A DNA stretch of 64,000 nt, taken from contig DAOPKN010000001.1 in NCBI GenBank assembly GCA_035391225.1, positions 119,007 through 183,006 on the forward strand, written 5' to 3'. Both the position numbers and the translations under genes were made by a program. Below, one piece after another: positions 1 through 9,755 of the stretch (the stretch's first letter is position 1; each line of letters opens with the position of its first letter). The stretch comes from Thermotogota bacterium (GTDB lineage: Bacteria; Thermotogota; Thermotogae; MWEM01). The notes beneath the pieces are model-generated. The model worked only from the letters and a program-made list of their open reading frames with translations. It made no database searches and had not been told where the DNA came from.

Positions 1-717
1 CACTTTCCCCTCCTGGAAGGCTTTCACCAGGGGTGGACGCTGGGGATAGTCTGCGATCCAACCCCGTTCGAACCAATCGAGGAGCATCTTTGTCAGCACG
101 ACGTTTTCCGGTGTATCCACCTGGAAATTTCCTTCCGGGTCGAGCAGTGGACTTCCCAACCCATCTTGCAGTCCCATGAAAATGTACGCGGAATTCAAGC
201 CCCATGCCAGGGGAGTGGTTCCTTGGGCTTCCAACGCCTCCATTGTGTTTTGCAGGGTTTGCAAGTCCCAGTCTTCCAGCTGGGGAAGTGGGATTCCAGC
301 TTGCTGGAACACAGCTCGATTGAGGTACAAAACCTGTACGTCGGCGTACAGCGGAAGAGCCATCAATGCTTCTTCCTGGGAGAAAGCTTGGGTTCCCAGT
401 TCCTGGATCTCAGAAGGGCTGATCGAAAGCTGGTCAAAGAAGATGGGAGAAATGAGCGTGTCCAAAAGGGGAAAAAGGTCCGTTTTGACGAGGCATACAT
501 CCGGGAAAGGGCCCCCCGCTTGCACCGTCATGGCAAGTTTCTCCTCCATGGCGGGGAAGTGCACGATTTCCACGTTTTCACCGGTTTGTGCGGAAAACTC
601 TCCCGCAACTTGGCGGAACCAGTCTTCTCCCTCCCAGGAAACCCAAACGGTGATGCTGGCAAGCACGTTTGCGGTGCCAAGACAGACAAGAGCGAATAGC
701 AAAACCACTTTTTTCAC
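1..717 (-). CDS. ABC transporter extracellular solute-binding protein (family 1, sugar/maltodextrin-type), 5' part only; runs off the left edge
   Basis: Reverse-complement translation from GTG at 717-715 gives MKKVVLLFALVCLGTANVLASITVWVSWEGEDWFRQVAGEFSAQTGENVEIVHFPAMEEKLAMTVQAGG..., i.e. a signal peptide followed by a typical SBP_bac_1 N-terminus. An RBS-like AAGGGAGG lies 7 nt upstream of the GTG on the coding strand. Absent from the supplied ORF track, probably because no stop codon falls inside the window. The + strand ORFs 166..699 and 176..796 are shadow frames. Confidence 0.7.
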   Translation of the reverse strand, partial: MKKVVLLFALVCLGTANVLASITVWVSWEGEDWFRQVAGEFSAQTGENVEIVHFPAMEEKLAMTVQAGGPFPDVCLVKTDLFPLLDTLISPIFFDQLSISPSEIQELGTQAFSQEEALMALPLYADVQVLYLNRAVFQQAGIPLPQLEDWDLQTLQNTMEALEAQGTTPLAWGLNSAYIFMGLQDGLGSPLLDPEGNFQVDTPENVVLTKMLLDWFERGWIADYPQRPPLVKAFQEGKV

Positions 718-741
718 AGCGATTCCTCCCTTATTGCATAC

Positions 742-2307
742 TCAGTTGGCATACGCGGTGGCCCGTTTTTCCCGGATTACGGTTACTTTGAGTTGACCGG
801 GGTACTGGACCTTCTCCTCGATTTCCCGGGCGATGTCGAACGCCATTTTTTCCGCCAGTGCATCGTCCACTTTTTCGGGCTGTACGATGATGCGGAGTTC
901 CCGGCCCGCTTGAATGGCAAAGGATTTTTCCACCATTTCGTAGGCGTTGGCGATATTTTCCAGCAATTCCAGTCGCTTGAGGTAGAGGTCAACCGTTTCT
1001 CGGCGCGCACCGGGGCGGGCAGCAGAAAGCGCATCTGCGGCGGCAACCAGAACCGCTTCCGGTGTAAGGGGGTCCACCTCGTTGTGGTGGTGTTGGATCA
1101 TGTTGATCACATCGTCTTTTTCGCCGTACCGCTTGGCAAGCTCGGCCCCGATCAGGGCATGCGAGCCTTCCACCTCGTGGTCCACGGCCTTTCCAATATC
1201 ATGCAGCAGTGCTCCACGCTTGGCGCGTTCTGCGTTCAGCCCAAGCTCCGCGGCCATCATCCCCGCAAAGCTCGCAACTTCGATGGAATGTTCCAATACG
1301 TTTTGCCCGAAGCTGGTTCGGAATTTGAGGCGACCCAGTAACTTCACCAATTCTCCGTGAAGTCCCTTGATCCCGGTTTCGAAAAGGGCGTTTTGCCCTT
1401 CTTCTTTGATAATGCGGTACACTTCACCTTTGGATTTTTCGTACATCTCCTCGATGTTGGTGGGGTGAATCCGACCGTCCAGCACCAGTTTTTCCAGGGA
1501 ACGCCGGGCGATTTCGCGGCGGAGTGGATTGAAGCAAGAGACCACCACGATTTCCGGCGTATCGTCGATGATGAGGTCGGTACCGGTAATTTTCTCGAAG
1601 GCACGAATGTTTCGACCTTCGCGCCCAATGATTCTCCCCTTCATATCATCGCTGGGAAGCGAAACGGTGTTCACCGTGGCTTCGTTCACGATTTCACTGG
1701 CATGCCGCTGGATGGCAATCGAAACCGTCCATCTTGCGTGCTGCTCGGCATCTTCCTCGTACTGGTCTTTGAGTGTTTTAAACATCTGAGCAAGATCGTG
1801 CCGGTACTTGCGCTCCATGTCCCCGAAAATTTGTTCCTTTGCTTGCGTTTCGGTGAGCCGACCGATTTCAAATAGCTTTTCCTGCTGCTCCACCACGAGC
1901 TTGTCTACTTCGCCCTCCTTGGCATGTACCTGTGCTTCCTTTTCCCGTAAGCGGTCTTCCCGCTTGGAGAACTGTTCTTCGCGTGCACTGAGGTTTTCTT
2001 CTCTTTTTTCAATGCGGGTTTCCAAACGCTTGTTCTCGTCCCGCTGGCGGTTCAATTCCCGTTGGTTTTCCTCGTAGATTTTTTGGGCTTTCTCTTTCGC
2101 GTCCAGGTGCGCTGCTTTCAACAAGTCCTTTGCTTCTTTTTTTGCAGTGCTCAAAATTTCTTCCGCGGAAAGGGAGGACTGGCTGATTTCTCGTTCGATT
2201 TCCAGGCGAATGGTCTTTGTCAACCAATTGCGCGTGATCCAAAAGCCCGTTCCGATTCCGCCCGCAATTCCTACCAATACCAAAAGGATCCATAACAAGG
2301 GCCCCAT
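742..2307 (-). CDS. rny: Ribonuclease Y
   Basis: N-terminal TM helix, coiled-coil region, KH domain and HD domain ([21 protein letters not shown]). Start placed at the internal MGPLLWIL because the RBS GGAGGTGA sits 5 nt upstream (ORF track starts 27 nt earlier). Confidence 0.93.
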   Translation of the reverse strand: MGPLLWILLVLVGIAGGIGTGFWITRNWLTKTIRLEIEREISQSSLSAEEILSTAKKEAKDLLKAAHLDAKEKAQKIYEENQRELNRQRDENKRLETRIEKREENLSAREEQFSKREDRLREKEAQVHAKEGEVDKLVVEQQEKLFEIGRLTETQAKEQIFGDMERKYRHDLAQMFKTLKDQYEEDAEQHARWTVSIAIQRHASEIVNEATVNTVSLPSDDMKGRIIGREGRNIRAFEKITGTDLIIDDTPEIVVVSCFNPLRREIARRSLEKLVLDGRIHPTNIEEMYEKSKGEVYRIIKEEGQNALFETGIKGLHGELVKLLGRLKFRTSFGQNVLEHSIEVASFAGMMAAELGLNAERAKRGALLHDIGKAVDHEVEGSHALIGAELAKRYGEKDDVINMIQHHHNEVDPLTPEAVLVAAADALSAARPGARRETVDLYLKRLELLENIANAYEMVEKSFAIQAGRELRIIVQPEKVDDALAEKMAFDIAREIEEKVQYPGQLKVTVIREKRATAYAN

Positions 2308-2382
2308 TTTTTCACCTCCATGTATATGAAACAAAAGATTCTCTCTGTATTCCTGGCCGGAACCGCACCAGGTGGTACGATG

Positions 2383-2808
2383 CTACTTGAGTGCCTGCTG
2401 AATGGTCTGCCAGGGAAAACCCCTGCGAATCATGCGTTGAATCCACTTTTGTTCCGCGATGTTCTCCTGCTTCTTGCGGTGTGCACGAAGGATTTCCTCC
2501 AGGTCCACATCCTTTTGTACGCTTTCCAGGGCCACACCAATCGTTTCCGGAGTCACCCCCAGCTGACGGAGTTCCTGTTCCACGAGCCGAGGGCCTTTCG
2601 TCTTGAGGCGAAAGGCATCTTCGGCGTACAGCATGCAAAACCGCAGGTCATCGATCAGCCCGTTCTCTTTCATTGTCCGAACGAGCTCCTCGATTTCCTC
2701 CTCGTCAAACCCTTTTTGGGCGCATCTCTCGCGGATTTCCGCCTCGCAGCGAATCCGATGCTTGAAAAGCAGGGAAACGTACCGTTCAATTCCCAGACCA
2801 GGGCTCAT
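2383..2808 (-). CDS. recX: RecA regulator RecX
   Basis: 141 aa; RecX-like three-repeat helical protein directly downstream of recA with ATGA start/stop overlap. Start taken at [10 protein letters not shown] rather than the upstream extension that overlaps recA. Confidence 0.8.
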   Translation of the reverse strand: MSPGLGIERYVSLLFKHRIRCEAEIRERCAQKGFDEEEIEELVRTMKENGLIDDLRFCMLYAEDAFRLKTKGPRLVEQELRQLGVTPETIGVALESVQKDVDLEEILRAHRKKQENIAEQKWIQRMIRRGFPWQTIQQALK

Positions 2809-3863
2809 TGCTCTTTTTGGGCAGCTCCGGTGTCTGAGGGTGTCGGAACAATGATCTTGAGCCCATGTTTCTCGCGGATCCGGTTCTCCAGTTCCAAGCA
2901 AATGTCGGGGTTTTGCTTGAGGAATTCAATGGTGGCGTTTTTGCCTTGGCCGGTACTGGTTTCTTCGCCATCTGGCTTGAGATAGCTGAACCACGATCCC
3001 TTTTTCAAGATGAAATTGTCCTTGACGCCCATGTCCACCAGTTCGTTTTCGCGCACGATACCCTGCCCGTACATGATGTCGAAGTACGCTTCCTTGAACG
3101 GAGGCGAAACCTTGTTCTTCACCACTTTCACCCTGGTTTCCGAGCCCACCGATTCGCTGGAATCCTTCACGGTGCCGACGCGGCGCACGTCCATGCGGAT
3201 GGAAGCGTAGAACTTGAGTGCCATACCCCCGGAGGTGGTCTCGGGGTTTCCGAAGCTAATCCCAATTTTCATGCGCAGCTGGTTGGTGAAGATCACGCAG
3301 GTTTTTGACTTGTTCACCACCCCGGAAAGTTTCCGAAGAGCCTGGGACATCAACCGAGCTTGCAAACCCACTTGCATTTCTCCCATGTTCCCGTCGATTT
3401 CGGCCTTGGGCACGAGTGCGGCCACCGAATCGATGACGATCAGGTCCACGGCGTTGCTGCGCACGAGGGTTTCCAAGATTTCCAGGGCTTCTTCACCACT
3501 ATCGGGCTGGGAAATCAGCAGGCTTTCCAGGTCCACGCCCAAGTTCTTGGCGTAAATCGGATCCAGGGCATGCTCGGCATCCACGAAAGCAGCCACACCG
3601 CCTCGTTTCTGGGCTTCGGCGATGGCATGCAGCGTGAGGGTGGTTTTCCCGCTGGATTCGGGCCCGTAAATTTCCACCACCCGTCCCCGGGGGTACCCTC
3701 CCACTCCCAATGCAACGTCAAGCGCCACCGAACCCGAGGGAATGATTTCGAGGTTGGAAAGCACATGGTCCTCACCCATGATCATGATACTTCCCTTCCC
3801 GAAGTCTTTTTCGATTTGCTTGATCGCGTTTTGCAAGGCCTTTTCTTTATCTTTGTTCATCAT
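2805..3863 (-). CDS. recA: Recombinase RecA
   Basis: Walker [11 protein letters not shown], conserved L1/L2 loops, full length 352 aa. Confidence 0.98.
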   Translation of the reverse strand: MMNKDKEKALQNAIKQIEKDFGKGSIMIMGEDHVLSNLEIIPSGSVALDVALGVGGYPRGRVVEIYGPESSGKTTLTLHAIAEAQKRGGVAAFVDAEHALDPIYAKNLGVDLESLLISQPDSGEEALEILETLVRSNAVDLIVIDSVAALVPKAEIDGNMGEMQVGLQARLMSQALRKLSGVVNKSKTCVIFTNQLRMKIGISFGNPETTSGGMALKFYASIRMDVRRVGTVKDSSESVGSETRVKVVKNKVSPPFKEAYFDIMYGQGIVRENELVDMGVKDNFILKKGSWFSYLKPDGEETSTGQGKNATIEFLKQNPDICLELENRIREKHGLKIIVPTPSDTGAAQKEQ

Positions 3864-3887
3864 TCCAAATTCCTCCTTCGAAATGTT

Positions 3888-4448
3888 CTATGCCAATGAA
3901 ATCGAATCGAGTCGCCTGTACAAGGCACCCTTCGAGGAGAGGGTGGATTGGTACAGGTGTACTTGTTGCACGTGCTGCGTGCCAGGAAGCGTACGCACTT
4001 TTTGGAGCAGGAGCTGGAACTGTTCCGGACAACGTTTGATGCGGCCCAGCGTTACATGGCCGGAAAACTGCGGATGGAAGCGAACCGAAAAGCGTTTCAG
4101 CACAGGTCCGGCCTGCGAAAAAAGGGCTTCCAGCGGGGGGGAAGGACGCGTTCCCACCCAAAGGACCCGTGGAATGTCCCCTTTTCGGAAATAGAAAACC
4201 TGGTCCAGCACGTGGAGCTCGAAGGGTTCCGAGGAAAGAACCTTGCGAAGCTCTTTCCACAAGGACTGCACCACTTCCGAGGGGAGCTCTCCCAAGAAGG
4301 CCAAGGTTAGATGGAAATTTCCCAAGTGGGTCCAGCTCCCGGAAAAGCCCATGCTTGCCAAAAGCTGGGCAGTTTGAACCCAGTTCTGTTGCAGTTCCTC
4401 CGCGAAATCGATGGCTACAAAACTCCGTACGATCTTGTCCTCAGTCAA
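3888..4448 (-). CDS. thpR: RNA 2',3'-cyclic phosphodiesterase (2H family LigT/ThpR)
   Basis: Two H-x-T-x motifs, HLTLAFLG and HVTLGR; about 186 aa. Confidence 0.85.
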   Translation of the reverse strand: MTEDKIVRSFVAIDFAEELQQNWVQTAQLLASMGFSGSWTHLGNFHLTLAFLGELPSEVVQSLWKELRKVLSSEPFELHVLDQVFYFRKGDIPRVLWVGTRPSPPLEALFSQAGPVLKRFSVRFHPQFSGHVTLGRIKRCPEQFQLLLQKVRTLPGTQHVQQVHLYQSTLSSKGALYRRLDSISLA

Positions 4449-4983
4449 AGTACTCCTTCACCCCCTGAAAGTAGCTCCAACCGGAAAGCACGGTTACGAT
4501 TGCCACAATCCAGGAAAGGGCCGCGATCCAGGTGGAAGTGATCCCGGGAAAAAGGAACGACAGCAACACCACCACCAAGAAAAGCATCTGGCTGGCGGTT
4601 TTCCACTTTCCCCACCAGTTGGCCGCGATGACGGTTCCCTTGGAAGCTGCCAACATGCGCACCCCGCTCACGGCAATATCGCGGAAAAGCACGATGGCCA
4701 ACAGCCAAAAACTCACCCGGTCGATGGCAACAAGTGCACACAAAACACCGCTCACGAAGGCCTTGTCCGCGAGCTGGTCCAAGAACTTGCCCAAAGTGGA
4801 CACTTGGTGGAAGCGTCGCGCCACGAAGCCATCCAGCCAGTCGCTCAGCGACCCGACCACGAAAAGGACCAGTGAGAAAAGGGCCCAACCCCGGTGCATC
4901 GGGGAAAGGGATATTCCCCACATGAGAACGGGGATGATGACTACGCGGAACAGCGTGATCTTGGTAGCCAGGTTTACCTTCAT
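4441..4983 (-). CDS. pgsA: CDP-diacylglycerol--glycerol-3-phosphate 3-phosphatidyltransferase
   Basis: CDP-alcohol phosphatidyltransferase motif DxxDGxxAR...G...D (DWLDGFVARR...GKFLDQLADK); multi-TM, 180 aa. Confidence 0.9.
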   Translation of the reverse strand: MKVNLATKITLFRVVIIPVLMWGISLSPMHRGWALFSLVLFVVGSLSDWLDGFVARRFHQVSTLGKFLDQLADKAFVSGVLCALVAIDRVSFWLLAIVLFRDIAVSGVRMLAASKGTVIAANWWGKWKTASQMLFLVVVLLSFLFPGITSTWIAALSWIVAIVTVLSGWSYFQGVKEYFD

Positions 4984-6293
4984 AGCACCCTTCCCTCCAG
5001 GTCATATTCCCAGGATGCGGTGATTTCGCATTCCACGAATTCGTGCAAATGCAAGGGACGATCCGACGAAAGGATCACGCTGGCATCCACTTCCGGCGCA
5101 TCCCGAAAACTCCGCCCGATGAAAACCCCGTCTGCCTGCTCTTCTACGAGTACCCGCATTTTTTTCCCGATCCATTGCTCTGCCGTTTGCTCTGAGATGT
5201 CCTTTTGAAGCTGCATTACCTGTTCCAACCGCCTTTGTCCCGTTTTTTGCGGGACTGGGGAAGCTTGGTTTTGCGCAAATGCAATGGTGTTTTCTTCCGG
5301 GGAATAGAGGAAGGCCCCAAGACGATCGAAACGCACCTGCTCCATGAAAGCCAGGAGTTTGGCAAAATCCTCCTGGGTTTCCCCGGGATACCCCACCATC
5401 ACGGTGGTACGGAGAACCGCGTTGGGGATTTGTTCCCGCAAGCGTCGGAAGAGCTCTCCCAGTTCGCCCGCATTCTTAGTGCGGTTCATGGCTTTCAAGA
5501 TGGAATCCGACGCATGTTGTATGGGGATATCGAAGTAAGGAAGCACTTTTCCCAAGGATGCCATGGTATCGAGTAGCTTTTGGCGGAGGTGGTCTGGGTG
5601 CAGGTACATCACCCGAATCCAAAAATCTCCCGGGATTTGGTCGAGTTGCACCAGAAGGTCTTCCAGGAAGTTGGTGTCCGAATCGTACTGGGTGGTGTCT
5701 TGGTCCACAAGGATCAGCTCCTTGATACCCTGTGCCAACAAGTAGCGTGCTTCCTGCAGCACGGACTCCAACGTGCGGCTCCGGTGCGGCCCCTTGAAAC
5801 CGGGAATGGAGCAAAAAGAGCAGCGCCGATCGCAACCGTCTCCGATCTTGAGGTACCAGTAAGCGATGTTGGATGGCCGGTGGGGGTGGATGTTTCCAAA
5901 CAAGGGGAATGGTTCGGCGGGAACCGAAACCAAAGGGTTGGGGTGATCGGGGATCTGGCGAAGCAACTCTGCCACCTTTTCCACGGGGTGTAGACCGATC
6001 CAGCCATGGATTTCGGGAATTTCGCGCACCAGTTCGTGGTAATACCTTTGCACGAGGCACCCCCAAGCGATGACTTTCTGCGGCTGGGGGCGATCCTGCC
6101 AAAGCGCGTATTCCAGGAGAGTGTCCACGGATTCTTCACGGGCATCATGGATGAACCCACAGGTGTTCACCACGATAATATCTGCCCTACGGGGATCACC
6201 CGTGCGGGAAAAAGGGGGCCGCAACAAGCTTGCAAGTGCGTTGCTATCGGCTTCGTTCTTCGGGCACCCAAGGGTTTCTATGTAAACACGCAT
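4980..6293 (-). CDS. rimO: Ribosomal protein S12 methylthiotransferase RimO (MiaB-family radical SAM)
   Basis: N-terminal MTTase domain MRVYIETLGCPKNEADS, radical SAM CDRRCSFC, C-terminal TRAM domain; 437 aa. Confidence 0.88.
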   Translation of the reverse strand: MRVYIETLGCPKNEADSNALASLLRPPFSRTGDPRRADIIVVNTCGFIHDAREESVDTLLEYALWQDRPQPQKVIAWGCLVQRYYHELVREIPEIHGWIGLHPVEKVAELLRQIPDHPNPLVSVPAEPFPLFGNIHPHRPSNIAYWYLKIGDGCDRRCSFCSIPGFKGPHRSRTLESVLQEARYLLAQGIKELILVDQDTTQYDSDTNFLEDLLVQLDQIPGDFWIRVMYLHPDHLRQKLLDTMASLGKVLPYFDIPIQHASDSILKAMNRTKNAGELGELFRRLREQIPNAVLRTTVMVGYPGETQEDFAKLLAFMEQVRFDRLGAFLYSPEENTIAFAQNQASPVPQKTGQRRLEQVMQLQKDISEQTAEQWIGKKMRVLVEEQADGVFIGRSFRDAPEVDASVILSSDRPLHLHEFVECEITASWEYDLEGRVL

Positions 6294-6329
6294 CGTTCCC
6301 GTCCTCTCTTTTCCAATGGAAGACGGTTT

Positions 6330-6884
6330 TCAGCGAGATTTCCTTTTTTCCATGTAGAGCTTGCGAATGGCGGTGAGATGTTTGATGTACGCGGGGTCGG
6401 CGTAGTTTGGATAGGTGTAGTCCAAGGGTTGGAATTTCCCATGAACGTACATCAACGTGATTTCCGCGAAGATTCCCCGACGAAGGTAGATCCGATTGGC
6501 CCAATGCTTCGTGGAGGCCAAGACGAATTGGGTCGGGTGAATATACCCCGGATCGAGGTTGATCACCCGCTTGCCCTCCACCGAGAATTTTCTCTCCAGG
6601 CGATTCGTTTGGAGCTTAATGTCTGCCAGTTCACCCGGATGCACGAGGTTTTGGAAGCTCAACAGTTTCCCTTCCAGTACGCCTTCGCCCATTTCGCGGG
6701 AGTAGTAGAAGGTATATTTTCCAAAATCCAAGTTGGGAGAGACGAAATCAAGCTTCCCCCAGATCGACTCCAAAACGGGTCGGATTTCAGAAAACCGGTA
6801 TTCCAAGTATCGCGCAAAGATAAAGAAGGTCAGGTTGACCAGGTCTACTTTTCGAACATCACCCATTGCGTAAGCGAACCTCAA
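6330..6884 (-). CDS. Hypothetical protein (DUF4416-like)
   Basis: 184-aa conserved-looking ORF of unknown function. Its start overlaps the stop of the upstream rodZ-like gene. Confidence 0.5.
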   Translation of the reverse strand: MRFAYAMGDVRKVDLVNLTFFIFARYLEYRFSEIRPVLESIWGKLDFVSPNLDFGKYTFYYSREMGEGVLEGKLLSFQNLVHPGELADIKLQTNRLERKFSVEGKRVINLDPGYIHPTQFVLASTKHWANRIYLRRGIFAEITLMYVHGKFQPLDYTYPNYADPAYIKHLTAIRKLYMEKRKSR

Positions 6885-7467
6885 ATTGGAAAAAATGGAT
6901 TTCCCATTCTTGAAAACCGTACTCGATTTTCAGCATTTGCAATCCTGGGTTCTGGATAGACCACGTTTCAGCAGGCTCCAAAACCTTGGATTGATTTGGC
7001 TCAATTATAACATCTTTGCCGTTGATTTTGATTTCCACGGAAATGGAATTCGGGTTTTGGATGCGCGGACGTTGCTTCTTCTGGAGATCATTGATGGCCC
7101 ACACTTGCAGCAGTAGGATAATCGAGAGCACGGGTACCAACAGGTAGATCATCACGCGCAGGGGGCGGATGCCCGAGAGGGAACCCGTGGAGGAGTTCGT
7201 GGTGGCCGAAATTTCTCGGAAAACCCCCAACCCGTCGAGATACTTCTTGAGTACCGTTTCCGAAGAGAGTTGCAGCAGCAAGGCATATCTTTGGAGGATT
7301 TCTTTGCCATAGATTTCGGGGATTTTGTCGAAGTAGCCGTTTTCCAATTGTTGCAGTGTCTCGGGAGTCACGTTGGCACGCTCCATGACCTGCTCCTCCG
7401 AAAGGTGGAAGAATGCCCTTCGGTTTTTTAGGAGCGTGGCCAGTTCTGTCCATGGCTGAATGTTCAT
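6859..7467 (-). CDS. rodZ: RodZ-like cytoskeleton protein (N-terminal XRE-type HTH, TM helix, C-terminal DUF4115-like domain)
   Basis: HTH region LATLLKNRRAFFHLSEEQVMERANVTPETLQQLENGYFDKIPEIYGKEILQRYA matches the RodZ N-terminus; single TM segment (MIYLLVPVLSIILLL); C-terminal beta-rich domain. Confidence 0.7.
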   Translation of the reverse strand: MNIQPWTELATLLKNRRAFFHLSEEQVMERANVTPETLQQLENGYFDKIPEIYGKEILQRYALLLQLSSETVLKKYLDGLGVFREISATTNSSTGSLSGIRPLRVMIYLLVPVLSIILLLQVWAINDLQKKQRPRIQNPNSISVEIKINGKDVIIEPNQSKVLEPAETWSIQNPGLQMLKIEYGFQEWEIHFFQFEVRLRNG

Positions 7468-7480
7468 TCTTGTTCCCCTC

Positions 7481-8533
7481 TCAATCCCACGGGTTTTCCC
7501 CCGTTGCCTTGAGGATGCGGTTCATGATGGCAAATCCCAGTCCGCGGGGTGGAAAGCCTTCGACGATGCCCACATCCATGCCCAACCGATCCAACAAGCG
7601 GAAGCTGTCGAACAGGTTTTTCGCAACGGAATACAGGTCTTGTCGGGTCCCCATCGAGCTGTTTGCAATTTTCTCCTGGTCGTACACACCACGCGTTTCC
7701 TCGGTGGAAAGGATCCACACCTTCTTCCCCCGGGTGGAATATTGCCGAAAAAGCAATAGAGCCCGTTGCTGCAGGCGGGAGAGGTCTTCGTCGTATGGGC
7801 AAAGCACGAGCTGCGCACGTGGTGCATAGTGCCGGTACTTCATCCCCGGGGCAAGGGGTTGGTGGCTGGAACCTTGCGCAAAAACGATTCCGGGAATCCA
7901 TTTTTGGAGTTCTTCCACGGACAGTGGCCCGGGGCGCAGCAACAGTGGAGGAGTATGCGAAAGGGAAATGATCGTTGATTCCAGCCCCAGGGGGAGTTCT
8001 CCTGCGTCGAGGATCCAGTCGACCTTTCCCTCCATTTCTTCCAAGTGGGAGGAACGGGTGGGACTTGGAAAGCCGGAGCGGTTCGCGCTGGGCGCAGCCA
8101 CGGGAATCCCACAGCTTTCCAAGAACAGCTGCGAAACCGGGTGAGCAGGCATCCGGACCCCAACGGTATCCATGTGCGCAGTGACACACCCCGGAACGGC
8201 GGCGGTTTTTCGAAGCAGGAAGGTGACCGGACCCGGCCAAAAGCGCGTAATAACGTCCTTCCACCGGGAAAGCTCCTGGGAGTCCACCAAATCGTGCAGT
8301 ACCTCCACGGAAGCTACGTGGACGATAAGGGGATTGTCGGCTGGGCGCCCCTTGGCCGCGAAAATGGAACGTACGGCGTTTGGGTCGTGGATTCCCGCAC
8401 CCAGGCCATACACGGTTTCGGTGGGGAAGACCACCAATCCCCCAGAGCGGATACACGCACCCGCAGGGGCAACTTGTTGTGCGATCGTTTCCCGGGACCA
8501 ATGCCCGGGAATGAGAAGCCGGCGCGTTTCCAC
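7481..8533 (-). CDS. tsaC: L-threonylcarbamoyladenylate synthase (Sua5/YwlC long form)
   Basis: YrdC core (VVFPTETVYGLGAG, PSANRSG) plus Sua5 C-terminal domain; 350 aa. Confidence 0.9.
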   Translation of the reverse strand: METRRLLIPGHWSRETIAQQVAPAGACIRSGGLVVFPTETVYGLGAGIHDPNAVRSIFAAKGRPADNPLIVHVASVEVLHDLVDSQELSRWKDVITRFWPGPVTFLLRKTAAVPGCVTAHMDTVGVRMPAHPVSQLFLESCGIPVAAPSANRSGFPSPTRSSHLEEMEGKVDWILDAGELPLGLESTIISLSHTPPLLLRPGPLSVEELQKWIPGIVFAQGSSHQPLAPGMKYRHYAPRAQLVLCPYDEDLSRLQQRALLLFRQYSTRGKKVWILSTEETRGVYDQEKIANSSMGTRQDLYSVAKNLFDSFRLLDRLGMDVGIVEGFPPRGLGFAIMNRILKATGENPWD

Positions 8534-8536
8534 GGT

Positions 8537-8926
8537 TTACAGCGGCTGGATCCAGAAGTTGCGGTTCCGGGGACCATCAAATTCGCAGAAGTACACGCCT
8601 TGCCACGTTCCGAGCTGCAACCTACCCTCTTCCACGATAAGCAGTACCGACGAACCGGTGAGGATTGCCTTGATATGGGCATCGGAATTTCCCTCAGCGT
8701 GGGCATAGCCATCTTGCTCCGGGAAGGAACGCGACATTTTTTGCAAAAAGTCTGCACGTACCGAGGGGTCGGCATTTTCGTTGATGGCCAGTGCTGCGGT
8801 GGTGTGGGGAACGAAAACGAGAACAGCCCGCGTTTCTGGGGGCATTTTCGAAACGTGCTCTTGGATTTGCAGGGTGATATCCACCACTTCCTGCCGTTTA
8901 CGGGTTTTCAGGGTGCACGTTACCAT
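8537..8926 (-). CDS. yjbQ: YjbQ/UPF0047 family protein
   Basis: 129 aa, typical YjbQ fold sequence (VFVPHTTAALAINENADP...AHIKAIL). Confidence 0.8.
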   Translation of the reverse strand: MVTCTLKTRKRQEVVDITLQIQEHVSKMPPETRAVLVFVPHTTAALAINENADPSVRADFLQKMSRSFPEQDGYAHAEGNSDAHIKAILTGSSVLLIVEEGRLQLGTWQGVYFCEFDGPRNRNFWIQPL

Positions 8927-8942
8927 GGGTTTTCCTTTCTCT

Positions 8943-9755
8943 TTAGCTGCGGAACATGGCCTTGAACAGCTTCCAAAAAGTGGGCTTGGCCAGGCGACTG
9001 TCTTCTTCCAGGGGGATCTTGTGGCCCATCAAGCGCCGGGCAATATTGGTAAAGATCTTGTTCAAATCGTTGTTTCCCTCGAAAGCGATGGGTACACCCC
9101 GGTTTGAGCCGACCACTACTTCCTCGGAATCCGGGACGATACCTTTCAGGGGAATGGCAATGGTTTTGAGTACGTCGTCGATTTTGAGCATGCCCCGCTT
9201 TTGGGACATGAACGGGCGAAACTTGTTGATAATGAGGAAGATCCTGTCGTCTGCAAGCTGCGTTTTCTCCAGGAGGCCTGTCACCCGATCTGCATCGCTC
9301 ACCGCGGTAAATTCGGGGTTTGTCACCACCAAGGCTGCATCCGCGGCCACGATGGCGTTTCGAAACCCGCTTTCAATTCCGGCGGGGGAGTCGATGAGCA
9401 AGTAGTCAAAATGGGGCTTCAACTGGGCAATCACTTTCTTCATGTCTTCGGAGGTGATCATTTCCTTTGTGGCAATTTGCGAGGCGGGCAGCAGGAAAAG
9501 GTTCCTACTGGTCTTGTGGCGAACGAGCGCATCTTGGGCTCCCACTTTGCCAGAAACCGCATCCATGATCGTGTACACGATGCGGTTTTCCAGCCCCAGC
9601 ACCACGTCCAGGTTCTTCAATCCGATATCGGCGTCCACCACGCATATCCTTTTCCCGAGGTTGGAAAATGCAGCACCAAGGTTGGCGGTTACCGTGGTTT
9701 TTCCCACACCGCCTTTTCCGGATGTAACAACGAACACCTCACCCAACACCATCAT
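8943..9755 (-). CDS. minD: Septum site-determining ATPase MinD
   Basis: Deviant Walker A SGKGGVGKTT, DADIGLKNLD, C-terminal amphipathic membrane-targeting helix FWKLFKAMFRS; stop/start overlap with nrnA. Confidence 0.88.
   Translation of the reverse strand: MMVLGEVFVVTSGKGGVGKTTVTANLGAAFSNLGKRICVVDADIGLKNLDVVLGLENRIVYTIMDAVSGKVGAQDALVRHKTSRNLFLLPASQIATKEMITSEDMKKVIAQLKPHFDYLLIDSPAGIESGFRNAIVAADAALVVTNPEFTAVSDADRVTGLLEKTQLADDRIFLIINKFRPFMSQKRGMLKIDDVLKTIAIPLKGIVPDSEEVVVGSNRGVPIAFEGNNDLNKIFTNIARRLMGHKIPLEEDSRLAKPTFWKLFKAMFRS

Noticed and set aside
166-796. + strand ORFs 166..699 and 176..796
   Set aside because: No protein-like features. The opposite strand encodes a clear solute-binding protein with signal peptide and RBS, so these are shadow frames.
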